Made by a program: the position numbers and the translations under genes | Part shown: in pieces, positions 40,001-53,319 of the stretch | How the letters are laid out: the number at the start of each line of letters is the position of its first letter | How positions within the stretch are numbered: position 1 is the stretch's first letter | Source of the DNA: Camelus ferus | Lineage: Eukaryota | Assembly (NCBI RefSeq): GCF_009834535.1 | Contig: NC_045697.1 | Location: 58,344,001 to 58,408,000 of the forward strand | Reading direction: 5' to 3' | DNA: 64,000 nt | Notes under the pieces: generated by a model | What the model saw: only the letters and a program-made list of their open reading frames with translations | What the model was told of the DNA's origin: nothing | Database searches by the model: none

Positions 40001-41900
40001 ATAGCAAACATTTTGTAATACATGCTCTCTCACCCCCCAAAAAAGATCATCGTTATGAAGATCCACCAACACATAGCTTTTTAAAAAAAATTTATATAAT
40101 GCCCTATCCACTATTTAAGTATAAATAATAAAAAAGCAATTTCTTAGGATGAAAATCTGAAGTTCGATATGTACACTCTCAGGCACAGCTACATGAGACG
40201 ATTTTGTGAAATAGTCCAATGCTGGCCTCTGTCTGCATAATTGCACACATTACACAAATGCAGGACTACAAATGCTACCTGACTCAGGTGTGAAGCACTG
40301 GGAACTCAAATTCTATAATCAACTTGCTATTGCTGAAATTATTTTCTGAAAGAGTACTAGATAGTGCTGTGTAAAAGTTTAAACAAAATACAATAATCCC
40401 TCAATAGACACAGTAACATATATTTCTGGGAAAACATATCTATAAAACTATGCAAGAAATCTATATTTATCTATATGTCTGTCTTTAAAAAACAGAACAG
40501 AGTTTCTAATCAAATAAACATGGACAGAATTTTTTTCCTGCATAAATGCCTCATGTGCCATTTGAAAATCATGCGGAACAAAGGAGAACTGCCTATATAA
40601 TATTTTTGGTCCCTTCTCACTAGAAAGACTAGTAGCACCCTCTCCCAATCATTGTGACAAGAGAAAAAATGGCCTCATATATTGTCTCAATGGCATAGAG
40701 AACAGATGGCTGGACAATTATAAGTGAAATGGACATTAAAGTTCATCTAGCAGAGGTCAATAACTGGCTTCCAGAAGACCTGCTATAATTGGCTTAGCAA
40801 ACTATGTCAACATCTCAGGTATGTATTGTCACTCAAGTTGGTCACAGCCCCTCATTTCCAATGACTGCTTTATACCTTTATTTTCCCTTCTAGCTCCTAA
40901 AATCATTTGAACATCTGATTTTAGTCTAGTTCTCTTATTTAACAAAAAAGTAAATTGAAAAGTTCAGTTAGAGATCAAATAGTAAAATCAAATCTTGCTC
41001 ATTGCTTTTTCTCATTACAGATTCAAACCCGTAAACATTTAATAACTAGTGGAGGAATTTCATGTAAAGAATGTGTAAAGTCATTGAGTGAAATGTCTTT
41101 CAATGCCCCCAAATCAGTGACCAGCATCTAAAGTTGAAGACAAAGAGGTACTAACTACCCAACATTTTAAGGAAAGTAGGTCATCAGCTGAGGGCAAACA
41201 TGGTTACCTACTCCTGAAGTAATTATGGGTTGGGGAACCAGCCTCACCTCTACCACCAGCTTCCATTCCATCTTCTTTCCCAATCTGAGAAAGAGTGTGG
41301 GTCAATGTGGAGTGAGAGAGAAAGACACTAGGCTCTTTTTCTTGTAGAAGCTGTAAGCTCTTGGAGAAAAATTAACCTCCCTCTGAGCAGGGAAAGGGGT
41401 GCTGCTCCTCAAAAAATCTGAAACCATGCAGTACTCTTAGAAATGGAATTCCTGCAGGAAAGAGGGCTGGCATATCATTCTCTAAGTTAGTTGTCTGTTA
41501 GGCACCAGACTCCTCAGAGCAAGACAAGAAAATTAGAGAAAGGTACAAAAGTGAAAGGAGTACAGTGACCTGTTTTCAGTATTTATCAACATTTATCATG
41601 TTGAGAATCTGTGAGTTTCCCAGAGATCAGGGGAACACAACAGAATGTCAGAGTTATCTTGCCAATAAACAATAAATGAGGACTGACCTCAAAGCAAGAG
41701 GATGACAGCAGCACAAACTTTTGGATATACTACCTGCTACAGGGGTTAAGAGGAGGAGGGAAATTTGAGCTCAAGGCTGACCTTTCAGATCAGGGAAATT
41801 TCAGTGGGAGACTGCATAGGATTCTCTTAAGAACTCGCATATACAAACCAACAGGGCAAACGTGTGGACGTCTGCCTCACACAGACTTCAAGAACAAGTC

Positions 41901-42376
41901 TGTAGTAGTTTCCTACGGCTGTCATGGTATATTACAACAAATTAGGTGGCTTAAAACATTAGAAATTCATTACCACACAGTTCTGGAGTCTACAAGTCCA
42001 AAATCAAGGTGTCTAAAGTGTTGGTTCCTTCTGGAGGCTTTGAGGAAGGATTCATTCCATGCCTCTCTCTAGTATCTGGTGGCTCTCAACAACTCGATGT
42101 TCCTTGGCTTGTAGACATAGAACTCCAATCTCTGTCTTCATCTTCACATGACCTCTCTGTATATATCTGTGCGTTATTCTTTTTCTTTTCTTTTCTTTGT
42201 AAGGATGCTCATCATTGGATTTAGTGACCATCCTATAAATGCAGAATGATCTCATCTCGAGATCCTGAAATTAATTACATCTGCAAGCACCCTATATCCA
42301 AATATGGTCACATTCACAGTTACCAGCGGCTAGGAATTGGACACATTTTGGGGGGTCACTACTCAATCCAGTGCCA
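41901..42376 (-). mobile_element. MaLR LTR (MLT1C-like)
   Basis: TGTAGTAGTTTCCTA...GGTGGCTTAAAAC...CACAGTTCTGGAG...AAGTCCAAAATCAAGGTGTC...AATTACATCTGCAA...GGTCACATTCACAG. Confidence 0.88.
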
Positions 42377-44580
42377 TCTGGCTGAGAAACTTTATAGCCA
42401 AAAAGAGAGGATTTTATCACTTCCCTCTGAAATAATCAGATTAATCTTGTCCCCTAAGCTGTACAATCAATTCCTGACAGAAAAAAAATGCGGACCTGAA
42501 AGAGAGAGGTGGAGGACATGTCCCAGAGTCAGACATTGCTCCTCAGTGCCCCCTTCAGGTGCTAGAGCCAGGAATTTGGATTGCTCTAAGCAGAGGTGGG
42601 CAGATGAGATTTAAAAAGAGTTTAAGATTCAATTTTCTAACTGGGTTGGTTATAGTAAGTGAGAGTGACTGGGAATAGAGACTCTTTTTTTCAAATATTA
42701 TTTAAGGGAATGGAAATGGAGATATGTTAGAGCACAGCTAAAGATGTGAATGAAGAAAATAAGACTGTTTTGTTTTTTTTTTAACAATTGAATTGTTAAA
42801 AAACAGCTCAACAAACTGGTTACATAAACCTTAAACTGTTTTAAATGTGTATGTATTTTTAAATGCTTGAAGAGAGTAGCTGAATTATGGCTAGAAGGGG
42901 CAGTACACCAGGAGTCAGAGCCCCTTTATCTGGAGTTATCACATTTATTCAGTACTGAAATCTGGCCTGATAACATTATCATCTCTTGCTTAAGTAATAG
43001 AAGTTTATTAGTATGTCCTTTCTCCTATATCTATTGATATGTTTTTCATGAATATATAAATACATGGTTTCTTGTGGAGCAAGGATTTATAGTAAATCTG
43101 AGCTGAGACAATTGCATATGGTATTTTATGGCTGGAATTTGTAGAATATGAAAAGTAATTAGATGAAGAGCATATGAAATGTATCTCAAGACTCCAAAAT
43201 ATAACATGTCTTAATTCCTCCTTTAGATAAGTGTAAAGGGCTGAAATTAGTAATAATTGCATATTTTTAATGGATAAAAATCTCATATCATCTGGTTGGA
43301 AAAAAATCCATTGGACTCTACATCAAAGTAAATTAAATTCAATCACATTAAATCTTAATTACTTCACATATTACTGTGAGCAGTACCAAGAAGTCAAAAG
43401 ACACAGATCGTGTCTTGATAGAAATTAAAAGCTAACTGGGGAGATTAGAGTTGAAAAATGAAGAATTTAGATAGCAGTGTTGAATAATTTATAAAGAGTA
43501 TTTGTAAAACAATAAGTAACATAAGATTTCAGAGGAGAGAAAGTTAAAGAGGGTCAGTCAGAAAGTCTTCTTTGAAGAAATGGAAGTTGAAGAACTATCA
43601 TTGGGAGGCAATGTCAGGTGAGACAATCACATCTGTAGATGCAGATTCATATTTCAAAATGTCACGTTAATCAAAAATCACAGTATTTAGAAATGCAAAT
43701 TAAAAATATAAATACCTTGATATTATATTTGTCTCATTTTAAGAGTCTGACGTGTTTACCACTACTAAAACATGTACACATCACACCATACTCTATCCAG
43801 GAACGTTCTTACAGAATTTTTTTGTTTTTGAAATATTCTTTTGGAAAAATATTGTAAGTATGAGAGAATTTCCATTAACAAATCTGCTGAGCAATTTCAA
43901 AGGCTCTGACCTTTGAGCATTGATGAACCCTTATGAAGAAAAAATATGAAAGTCATTTTTTCCAAATAAGATGATGTCTAAGAATTCAAATAATTCTATT
44001 TTTATAGATACCAGTGTATCTTTCCTATACTAAGATTTTCCCATACAATATGTAAAAATTTTGTATAGGTTATCATTACCCACATAATATTCATAACACT
44101 TCTATTTTTATGGCATTTGTCCTATCTCATGACCCTAGCAAATAACTTCCCTGCTAGCTTCAGTGGCCCCTTTTGTCATTTGTGAGTCAGTTAATACTTA
44201 CAGGCTCATTATCACAAGCCTGATAGAAAACTATGCCAGAAATACTATTATAACTTATATCTGATCAAGTGACTAAGAGTTCATGTTTATTTTTTAAATT
44301 ATTATTGCTAAATATTTATCAGGGATGGATAAAAGTTTTATGAGACCTGAACTCATATAATTTGGGGGACTCTATTTAAGAAAAATAAACTAGCAACTTT
44401 CAAAAAGTTGATTGTAGCCCATACATAAAATTGAGGGGGGAAGTATTTGTATCAATTAACTGCCTGATACCTTTCATACACCTTTCCTGTATATTCCCCA
44501 AAATACACAAAATTCATGAAATTAAGATAAGTGCAATTTTAAATTTTCTTCTATAATTATGTAAGCAAATTATTCTTATA

Positions 44581-45581
44581 TAAAGGATAGCAGAATATGC
44601 CACCCCAAATTATACCTCTTTGGCATAAGCATTATTTTGAGCTAATTATTTTGGGAAACAGCAGATACAGGAAAAGCTCTGAAAAATAATAGAAGGCACC
44701 CTTTTGAAAGAGAAATTTGCATTTATATAGGAAATCTCCATTTGTATGGGTGTCTCTCTCTACACCAGGAAGAGAAGGATGACTCTAAGTCACAAGAGAA
44801 TCTTTTCAATGGAGAAGACACCTACTTAAATCTTCATAACAAATGTTATCTTTATTTACTGAGATTTTCTGTTAATCTCTCCATATTTGACCTCCCCCAA
44901 ACACATGCATTTCTTTTATTTTTAGGTGAAAATTATACTCAATCTTGAGTTCAAAGCCACCTCAGAGAGTTACTCACTTTTTCCTGGGTATCTTACAGGC
45001 GTACCTGAGTTGTACGTATTAATAAACCTCTGGTTTTCTTTTGTTAATCTGTCTTTTAATACAAGGGTCTCAGCCAAGAACAGCAGGGTAGAGGGAAAAT
45101 TATCTTTTGTGAAATAAAATTCATATTTTATGGCAAGACAAGAGAAATTTAAATATAAAAAATTTTCTATGTCCTTTGGCCTCCTGTCTCCCCACTCCTG
45201 GGCATTGTGTATCTGTATTAGGCATCAACTAAACCTACACCATCAGCAGAAATACCTGCTAAACCATAAGGAACAATATTCTCCTAGCATCGACAAGACA
45301 ACGCCTTAAAAAAATAACATTTCTTCTTTATCTTGTAAGGGGCCATGGTGACAGTTAGATCTGGATTGTGCAAACTGTCAATAATACATCATTTAACATA
45401 CAGCCCTCTGTCTCAAAAACCTTATATAACTGTGCCTTGACATCTAATGAGCAGAAGAATACTCAGAGTTTTCTGAGATGCTCTTCCCAGGTTATTATCT
45501 TCAAATTTGACTCAAATAAAACTTTCCATTTCTTTTATAGATAAATTGATTAATTTTCCATCAACACTTTCCTCCCCTCCA
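44581..45581 (+). mobile_element. MER34A-like ERV1 solo LTR, interrupted near its 3' end by a second LTR
   Basis: Starts TAAAGGATAGCAGAATATGCCACCCCAAA, AATAAA at 45021. The terminal CCTCCCCTCCA lies at 45571-45581 after the insert. Flanks TATA/TCTA. Confidence 0.88.
45108..45566 (+). mobile_element. Nested ERV1-class solo LTR with 4-bp TSD
   Basis: TGTGAAA...TCAACA, TATATAA at about 45423, AATAAA at about 45514; perfect TSD CTTT at 45104-45107 and 45567-45570. Confidence 0.88.
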
Positions 45582-45680
45582 TCTATATTCTTCATTTTCT
45601 ACTGAAATATATCCAAGAACAAATGAGTTAAAGAGGAGTTATTAAAAGGTCACCTTCACCAACTCCTATGCAACCTCTCC

Positions 45681-46133
45681 TGTGAAGGAAAAACTGGGCT
45701 GGTCTGACAAGATAACTTATAAGTTTAGGAATGTGAAGGAGAGGCTGGGCTGGGCTAACAAGTCTAAGTATTGGAATACTGATCTGAGTTCTGCTGGACT
45801 AACTTGTAAATCTAGGTTAATTAGTGTTGGTTTGCTGTTCATGTTTTTTTGCTAGCCAGCTGGATTTTCAAAGATATATATCTGGCTTTGGAATGTTGGT
45901 TTGCTGCCTCCCCACCTCCACTTTTGTGATGATGATGCTGCTAAAGCTGTTCCATGCCTATTGGCCGAATACCCCAAGCTTGTATTTACCCTATAAAACC
46001 TCATGTGCACATCTTGAAGGTGCTCAGAGCTTCGGAGCAGAAGCCCCTCTGAGCCCAGCCGGCATAATACATCTGAGTACTCCAACCCTCCGAGTGGTGC
46101 TTGTTTCTTGACTTGCCTGTCGTTTCCGTAACA
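45681..46133 (+). mobile_element. ERV1-class solo LTR with 4-bp TSD
   Basis: TGTGAAGG...CCGTAACA, CTATAAAA at 45991, several CpGs retained; perfect TSD CTCC at 45677-45680 and 46134-46137. Confidence 0.88.
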
Positions 46134-47557
46134 CTCCCACCTCTTATTCTCACTGCCTGTGTTCCAATATTTAGAAGGATGTGGTGGTGTCAAGAGAGAC
46201 TGAAGAAAGGAGGCATGTACTAATGTGCCCACTCTAGTGGTGTCTCCACTCTTTGAATGAATGAATGAATCCTATTCAACATTTAATGATGGCCAATATA
46301 TTCTAGGCACTGCTAGGCTGAATCTCACAGATTGAATTGTTCTTGATTATTGCTTCAGATTTTATTTCTCAAGCAGGATAGGTTGTTGTTTCAGAGTCTT
46401 AACTGGGTCATATGTTTTGTTTGTAGCCCACTTCCTCATCTGGCGCACTGCCTCTAGTATAGTAAATACTCAGTTCTTTTGACAGATTGCTTCTTCGGCC
46501 ACCTGTAAGAGCCTTCTAAAAATCTCAGACCATAAAAATAGTATATTTTGTGATTATTTCTTATTCTCACATCAGTCTTGGTGAACTAATGAATTTAATA
46601 TCATTAAAAAGATGCAACTGACAAAGATGACCTAGGCTCCTCCAACCACATGTCAACCTTGTAAGATGCTCTTATGCATATTTCAAACACAACAAGGCTG
46701 AAACAGCACACTAAATTAGGTATTTGCAATTATCAGAGATCTTATGATGTGTTGTCATATTTGAGCCACACTCTATTACCACATCATATATATTGCCCAT
46801 GTCAAATTTTGTTTGTCATTCTCTCACAATTTTTTTCTCATAATCCATATACTCACAAAGCATTCCTTTATTTGACCCATTTATCTGCTAGTTCAAGACT
46901 AAAACAATGTAGAAGGACATAATGAACAGAAAATTGGATTTATAAACATAAGGTCCTAGGTCCAGGACATTCTCCAAGTCCAATTGTTTTTCCCCTCTGC
47001 AATGACAAAAAGGGTGCTATAATCAATATGCATTCATATTGAACAACTGAAATTACCTAATCTGACTGTGAATTTTAGTCAGTTTTAATAAGGACTCATG
47101 ACAATAACACAGCCTCATTTATATATCATGGACTTAAAATACTGCCAGCTACACTTTTACTGAGCCTTAAAGTCATGTGTTGTGCATATGAAGGTGAAGG
47201 ATTCTATCAATTTTATTCTACTCTTCCCTTGCCCTCTACATTGCACATCTCTGAATAGATTTTTCAAATAAGTTCACTGAAATTGAGACTCTTAGAGTCT
47301 CTTCTGGCAGACCTATAAATCACATGCTTTAATACTGACTTCTATTTTCTGGGAGTTCTCTATTTTTCTATTACTTTGCACATAGGTTTTGTTTACCTCT
47401 CAACTTCCATGAAATGCAAAATTATATCCTTAAGCACAGTGCTCTGATTTTCTTCTGGATCACCTAATTTAGCTCTTTACTTTTGTTATGAGAGTAACAA
47501 TAATTTATCTGGTACTTCTGTCCACAGTGGCTTCTCAACTTGCAAGATTTCTATTGC

Positions 47558-48313
47558 TGTTACAGATTGCATAGCTATAGACAACAACAATGATCAAAAA
47601 ACTTTTCCCTGAGCCTGCTGGCTACAAAGCAAGTGCTATCACAAAGAATCCAACTTGTGATAAATGGTCAACTGCATTAGAGTTGCTATCCATATAAAAC
47701 AAAGAACCCTTCAGATGACCTTGGAGGGGTCTCAACACCTGGCAAAGGAATAAATAAATTTAATTGCCAAAGACTTAGGAAGATAAAGGGGGCAAAGGAG
47801 ACTGAACCACACAGCTGTAACTGAGGCAGTGAGACTAACTAGGTATTCTCAGATCCTCAGCATTATTCCAACTCTACTTCTTTGTTATGATACAGCTATA
47901 ATCTTACGCTTACCATGCCTGACTTCTACCATTAACTTAGCTTAGCTTGCTGCTGATGGAGAAGGCTGTTGCTGGTTATTGAGACTGAAGATTAGTTGTC
48001 CTATAGGCTTCACCCTTGTTCCCTGTTCTACAGGAATAGCTGAACAGAGATTTAAGGCACAGCTCTTTGGAACCATGTGATTGAGACAATCTTCTCTGGA
48101 AATGGATGATGACTCCTCCCTAGTAGGTAGTCCCTTCCTCTTTTCCCTATATAATCTCTGAGTAAAAGCTGGGAGTTGGTTCTTTGAGACATGAATCTAC
48201 CTTTTCTCTAGAATTGCTGGCTTCCTCAATAAAGCTATTTTTACGTTGCTCAACACTTGTCTCTCAGTATTGGATTGCTGAGCGATGAGCAGCTGAAACT
48301 GAGCTCAGTAACA
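47558..48313 (+). mobile_element. Old ERV LTR, family uncertain; 5' boundary uncertain
   Basis: CTATATAA at about 48147, AATAAAGC at about 48228, U5-like ACTTGTCTCTCAGTATTGG...GAGCAG...CTCAGTAACA end; possible TGTTAC start. Confidence 0.7.
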
Positions 48314-49685
48314 TAGATAACACCACAGACTTCATTGAGTCATTATATTGAACCTCACTCTTGCAGTTTCATCTCCTCTCCTTTTTCTACAATGAAGGTT
48401 CTGAAACACAGTACAACAGGAAAAGGAATTCTGCAGTAGACAGTAGAAGGAAAAACAATCATTCTGATTGTCCACAGATAACACGAATGTCTTTTTTTAA
48501 AAAAAAAATCTAATTTGGTGGCTGGTATATATAGCTTTCAGTCCTGAAATGATGGCATAGATCCATTGTTGTGACTTTTAAAAACAATGAGAAATAAGTT
48601 AAAAGCAAATTTGAACTAATCCCCAGCAAAGGAAATGAGAACCTGTAGAATGATTTATTTGAAAGTCCATTTAAATACATGATAAATTAGAAGTCTGAAG
48701 GAGTGTTATTTGGCAGCCCTTCTGGGAGAAAAGAGTGTGTGGACTAAAATGTAGCCAAACAATAAATAAAATAGAGACAAATTCATTTCTAAAAATAGCA
48801 CTTTACAATTTACAAACTCAGATCAAGTATTTCTGAATTTAAAAATATAAGCTCATGATCAAATTGAAAGGATATACTACCTTAGTAGTGAAATTTATAA
48901 ATTGCTTCAAGAATAGGACTTGACTTCTTTTTAAGCGTTTAGCCAAAAAAAAAAAAAAAATGCATTCAGATGAGTTCAAGACAGCATAAGATCACCACCC
49001 TTTTATCATTTGAACACTTTCGTGTGGCTAAATAATGTGTTTGTTCTTTTAGAATTTTCATATGCAGCATAATTGTTTAAAAATAGGTACTTCTCCACCA
49101 TTCCTACTCCAGCTACATTCATTGTCAATCTATAGGATTCATGTGGTGACATTCTATGTTCCAATTTCAATCTCAGTCACAAAAGCAAGCCTTCTAATTC
49201 TGTCACCATTTAGTGATCGACAGATGATTTTGCACTCATTTCACCTTTTCCATGCTCTCTTGTTTGATTAGCAGAAACCATTCCCGTTTTCTTACAATAA
49301 AAGGTAGAATAGATTAGCCAGTAAGAATTCAGAATATTTAAGTAGTTAAAGCATAACAGACCACTGTTGGCATGTAATGCAGATATTAAAATTCTAATGA
49401 CTCATTCCCCTGTCACAGATGAGGGAAGGAACAGAAATAGACATAACATGGATCTGTTCTTCTGAAACTAATTAAACAGGAATTTAAGATGGTAAAGACT
49501 TCATCCATTCATGTAAATTAGTGAGTTTTTTTAGATTGGCGGGGAAGCCCTTGGGATTTATCAAAATTCAGGATTTGGGGATATGGAATCAGTTTAGCTT
49601 AGGGTTCAGTGTTAAAAGAGAGGTTTTAATGATGAAAGAACAGAGTGATGTGAAAGAAGGAAGAAAAGGAAGCCATAAAAAAAGA

Positions 49686-50694
49686 TGATACTGAGCAGGA
49701 CCCAATGGGGCATTCCTGATACAATTCTTTCCATGTTCCCCATTTCTTGTTTGTAGGAAATAGGCTTCATTTAGCCTCCTGGACCTTCCCTGAGTTCCAA
49801 AGGTCAGATTCAAGCAGTTGCTAATTAAGGAGGGGAGGGAATGCAGGAAGGAGGGAGGAGTAGCCAAGAAACAATAGGGCAGCCTTGGGGCAGGGTCCTG
49901 GTTCCTCCTCAAGGAGTATATTTAATAATACCTTTAAGTTCTTCTGCAGGAACTAACCCCACCCCCTCAACTCCTGACTCCTGTTTATGGCTGAGCAGAA
50001 TCTTTAGAGATGCATCCCTGCCCCCCAGAGGACACTGGGTCCACCAGATTGCCAGCATTCTGATCAAAAGCAACTTTCCTTTTTGTAACTAAGGCTGTTT
50101 GCCCCCATCATACACTTGCCACTCCCACCCCACAATGAATAGAAGCCAATTACTCTTATCTAATTCTCAGGAGGCAGCTGCAGAGAGAAGAAATGAGAAC
50201 TGGTTAGAACCAGCTGAACCCAAGATGGCAGAGTATTTGACTTCCAGCAGACCTTGAGCCTCATTATACACTTATTATAATGTACTTGCATGCTAAATGA
50301 CACACCCACCAGCACCATGACAGTTGATGATTGCCATGATAACAACCAGAAAAGCTCATACAAGGATGGAAAAAAAAGGTGACTGGCTCCAGCACACCCA
50401 GAAGGAGAACATGACGGCAGAAGTGTCCCAGAAAAGTCCACGCGGCCCTCCCCGGAGCTAGAGCTGCCCGACCGGCCATCCTGGCTGGTGGCTCCCCGCT
50501 CGCGCGCCTGTTCTCTGTTTACCTCTCTTTCCTGTTCCCTGCCTGAGCACCTTTTTTTCCTTTTTCCTCTTCTGAGCAATAAAGCAGCCATTCACTTTGT
50601 CCCTCTATCTTTCCTGTGAATCCTTTCACAGCCAGTGGCAAGGACCCACATTTAGGTGGGCCTCCTCATTTAGGGGTCTCTCGATCCTCTAACA
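49686..50694 (+). mobile_element. Long (1009-bp) ERV1 solo LTR, MER41-like 5' part, with 4-bp TSD
   Basis: TGATAC...TCTAACA, AATAAA at about 50578; perfect TSD AAGA at 49682-49685 and 50695-50698. Confidence 0.88.
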
Positions 50695-50701
50695 AAGATA
50701 G

Positions 50702-51274
50702 TGAAACCAAACAGGACCTTCAGTCGAGTGGGACCCTCCTGGGCACAAAAGTCTTTCCATGTCTCCTATTTCTTACTTGTAGGACAAAGGCTTCAGCCTC
50801 CTAGCCCTCCCTGAGTTCCAAAGAGCAGATTCAAACAATTGCTAATCAGGGAAGTAAAGGAATGCAGAAACAAAGGAGGAGCAATCAAGAAACTATAGCG
50901 CTGCTATTAAAGCAGGATCCCAGTGCCTGTTCAAGGTGTATGCATAACAGTATCTTTGAGTTCTTCTGCAGGAACTAAGGCCCCCACCCAGTGCAGGATG
51001 GCAACTTCAGGTTAAGCACAAGATTTTTGGAACACTGCCCTGTTACCTCACCACCAACCAATCAGAAGGAGGTCACTGCCCTGCAACCCTTACCCCAGTG
51101 TTGCCTATAAAAACTTCTCCCTGAAAGCCATCAGGGAGTTTGGATTATTTTAAGCATGAGCCACTCATTCTTCTTGGTTGGTGCTGCAATGAACCTGTCT
51201 CTGCTCCAAACTCCAACGTTTCAGTTTGTTTGACCTCAGTGTGCATCAGGCACATGAACTTTTGTTCAGTAATA
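50702..51274 (+). mobile_element. ERV1 solo LTR (MER41-like)
   Basis: TGAAAC...CAGTAATA, CCAATCAG box, CTATAAAAA at about 51105; flanks ATAG/GTAG. Homologous to the LTR at 15377 and to the 5' part of the LTR at 49686. Confidence 0.88.
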
Positions 51275-51661
51275 GTAGACCTTTCTTACTGAGGCATAAT
51301 TTAAGGGAAAATTTGAATTAAAAAAAGAATCAGACTCTAAGGAAGAAAGTTGGAATCATTCTATGATAAGAAAGAAATATCTATACAAGATATTTACTTT
51401 TTTCTCCTTGTGCTACAATAATATAACCCTAGATATTATAAATTATTCTTATATTATACTATAGGAAATAATAATTAAAATAATTCACTAAATGTTATTT
51501 CCTAATTTTGGGGGAGATGCTTTGCAAGACATTAATTCTATCATGGTGACTAAATATAGCATGTTTCCTGTCCTCTTGGAGCCTATATTCAAGTTGGTAA
51601 GAGAGACATTAATTAAATGATTGCACAAAGAAGTATAACACTGCCATTGTAATAAGTAAGG

Positions 51662-52196
51662 TGAAGGATACAAGAATATGCCACCTGAAAATACACCTCT
51701 GTGTATGGATTATTTTGAGCTAAAGGGCAAAGAGAACCAGCAGATGCAGAAAAAGTGCTAAAAACAGGGCACAAGTTTTCCTACTGTGAAGGAAACACAC
51801 ATTTATAAAGGAAATTTCCATGTGTAAAAATGTCTCCCTCTCCCATACCAGGAAGAGTAGGACTTTTAATACCTCTTGTCAATGGAGAAGGCAGCTACTG
51901 ACTTAATTTGCAAAAATAACCTTACTAAACCCTTGCTTCCTATACTTTTCCTGGTAACCCTCTCTGCCTGGAAGCCTTAAACTTATTTTCCATTGGTTTC
52001 TTAAGATGTTATGTAAATTAAAATTCTAAACAGCCCTTTGGCTTACTCATCACTGGGCATTTTTATGTGTGCACATGTGACGCATGTATATAAACTTTTT
52101 TTCTCTTGTTAATCTGTCTTTGGCCAGTCTAATTTACAAAGCCCTAGCTAGAGAACCTAAAATGAACAGAGGAAAAGAAATTTTTCTTATCCTACA
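51662..52196 (+). mobile_element. MER34A-like ERV1 solo LTR inserted in an L2
   Basis: TGAAGGATACAAGAATATGCCACC...GATTATTTTGAGCTAAAGG...TTCTTATCCTACA; paralogous to the LTR at 44581. Confidence 0.88.
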
Positions 52197-52780
52197 AACA
52201 TGTCAGGAAGGCACATGGTGATTCTGAGAATGCATACTGGAGGAATTGATCAAAGTAAGAAGTCCTGAGAGGCTTGACCAAGGAAGGGGTGATTGACTGA
52301 GATGTGGAAGAGAGGGAGAGCTAATTAGTGAAGGGGAGAGAGGACTCCTGGGAGGGGAAACTCTAGGACAGGTGATAGTTTGGCACTTTAAGGGAAATGT
52401 TGGATTGATGTGGCTGTTGTAAAAACATTGAGAAGGCTGTTGCAAGAAATGGAGAAAAATAGGGATCAAATACAATGCAAGACCTTGTATCTTGTATCTC
52501 ATGTTAAGGATTTTGACTTTTTTAAGAACAGTGAGACGTGTGTGCATGCACGTGTGTGTATCTGCACATATGTATGAACGTGAGATTTCTATTTATGGTA
52601 CTACATGAGTACTTTCTGGAGAATGGGTTGGTGGATGGTAAGGCAACAGGAGATATGAGGAGCCAGGTTAGGAAACTACTGAGATTGTCCAAGTCTGAGA
52701 TGACTGCAACCGGAATGGAGCAGGAGGTGGTGAGGAAGAAAAAAAGTTGCAGGATACAGGTTATAAAGCACTGAAAAGTT
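52197..52780 (-). mobile_element. L2 LINE fragment
   Basis: GTTAAGGATTTTGACTTT...GGAGCCAGGTTAGGAAACTACTG...GTCCAAGTCTGAGATGA. Confidence 0.65.
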
Positions 52781-53319
52781 CACAGCTATTGTCTGAAACT
52801 AAAGGGGGTTGACTCAGTTAAGAAAAGACCTAGGGGCTGTGAAATTTAATACACAGATGACCCTGGTGAAAAATAAACAAGACAATATAGAAAATTGAGA
52901 ATTAGCTCATCATTCATATTATCTCTTTTACTCATCACTGCTTTTCATTGAAGTGGAATTTCATTATCCTTTATCTTAGATATGCATGTGGGGAAGGTAA
53001 ACTTTAGAGAAGTGAAGTGTCTCATCCATGGTCACTCAGATAAATGGTGGCACAGATAGCCTCTGACTCCAAATTTGAAGCCTGTTTAATGACTTCATCA
53101 TTACTTGTTTGGAGTAAGTTTGCCTATTGTTGAAGTAAACCATTAGAATTTATCTCTGACCCAATAGGCAATTTATTGTCCACTTTTGGAGAATAGTCTA
53201 GAATAACATTTCCCAGAGTATTTACAATTTTATTAGGTATTGCATTTAAAAAAAGAAAAAAACTTCATGGTTAAAAAAAAGTTTGCAAAATCTTCATCAA
53301 ACAGTGCTATTTTAGACTG

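Noticed and set aside
41100..41880. GC-elevated segment, possibly an ancient Gypsy-type LTR
   Set aside because: No termini, TSD or diagnostic motif that I can support.
45824..46232. 95-aa and 126-aa ORFs
   Set aside because: Mostly inside a TSD-bounded solo LTR; no homology recognised.
50160..50591. 143-aa minus-strand ORF with basic N-terminus
   Set aside because: Lies wholly within an LTR; the GC-rich segment explains the lack of stops; no recognisable domain.
44581..52196. Two MER34A-like LTRs 7 kb apart as the ends of one provirus
   Set aside because: No gag/pol-like sequence or PBS between them, the outer flanks (TATA vs AACA) do not match, the copies are quite diverged, and the second sits inside an L2.
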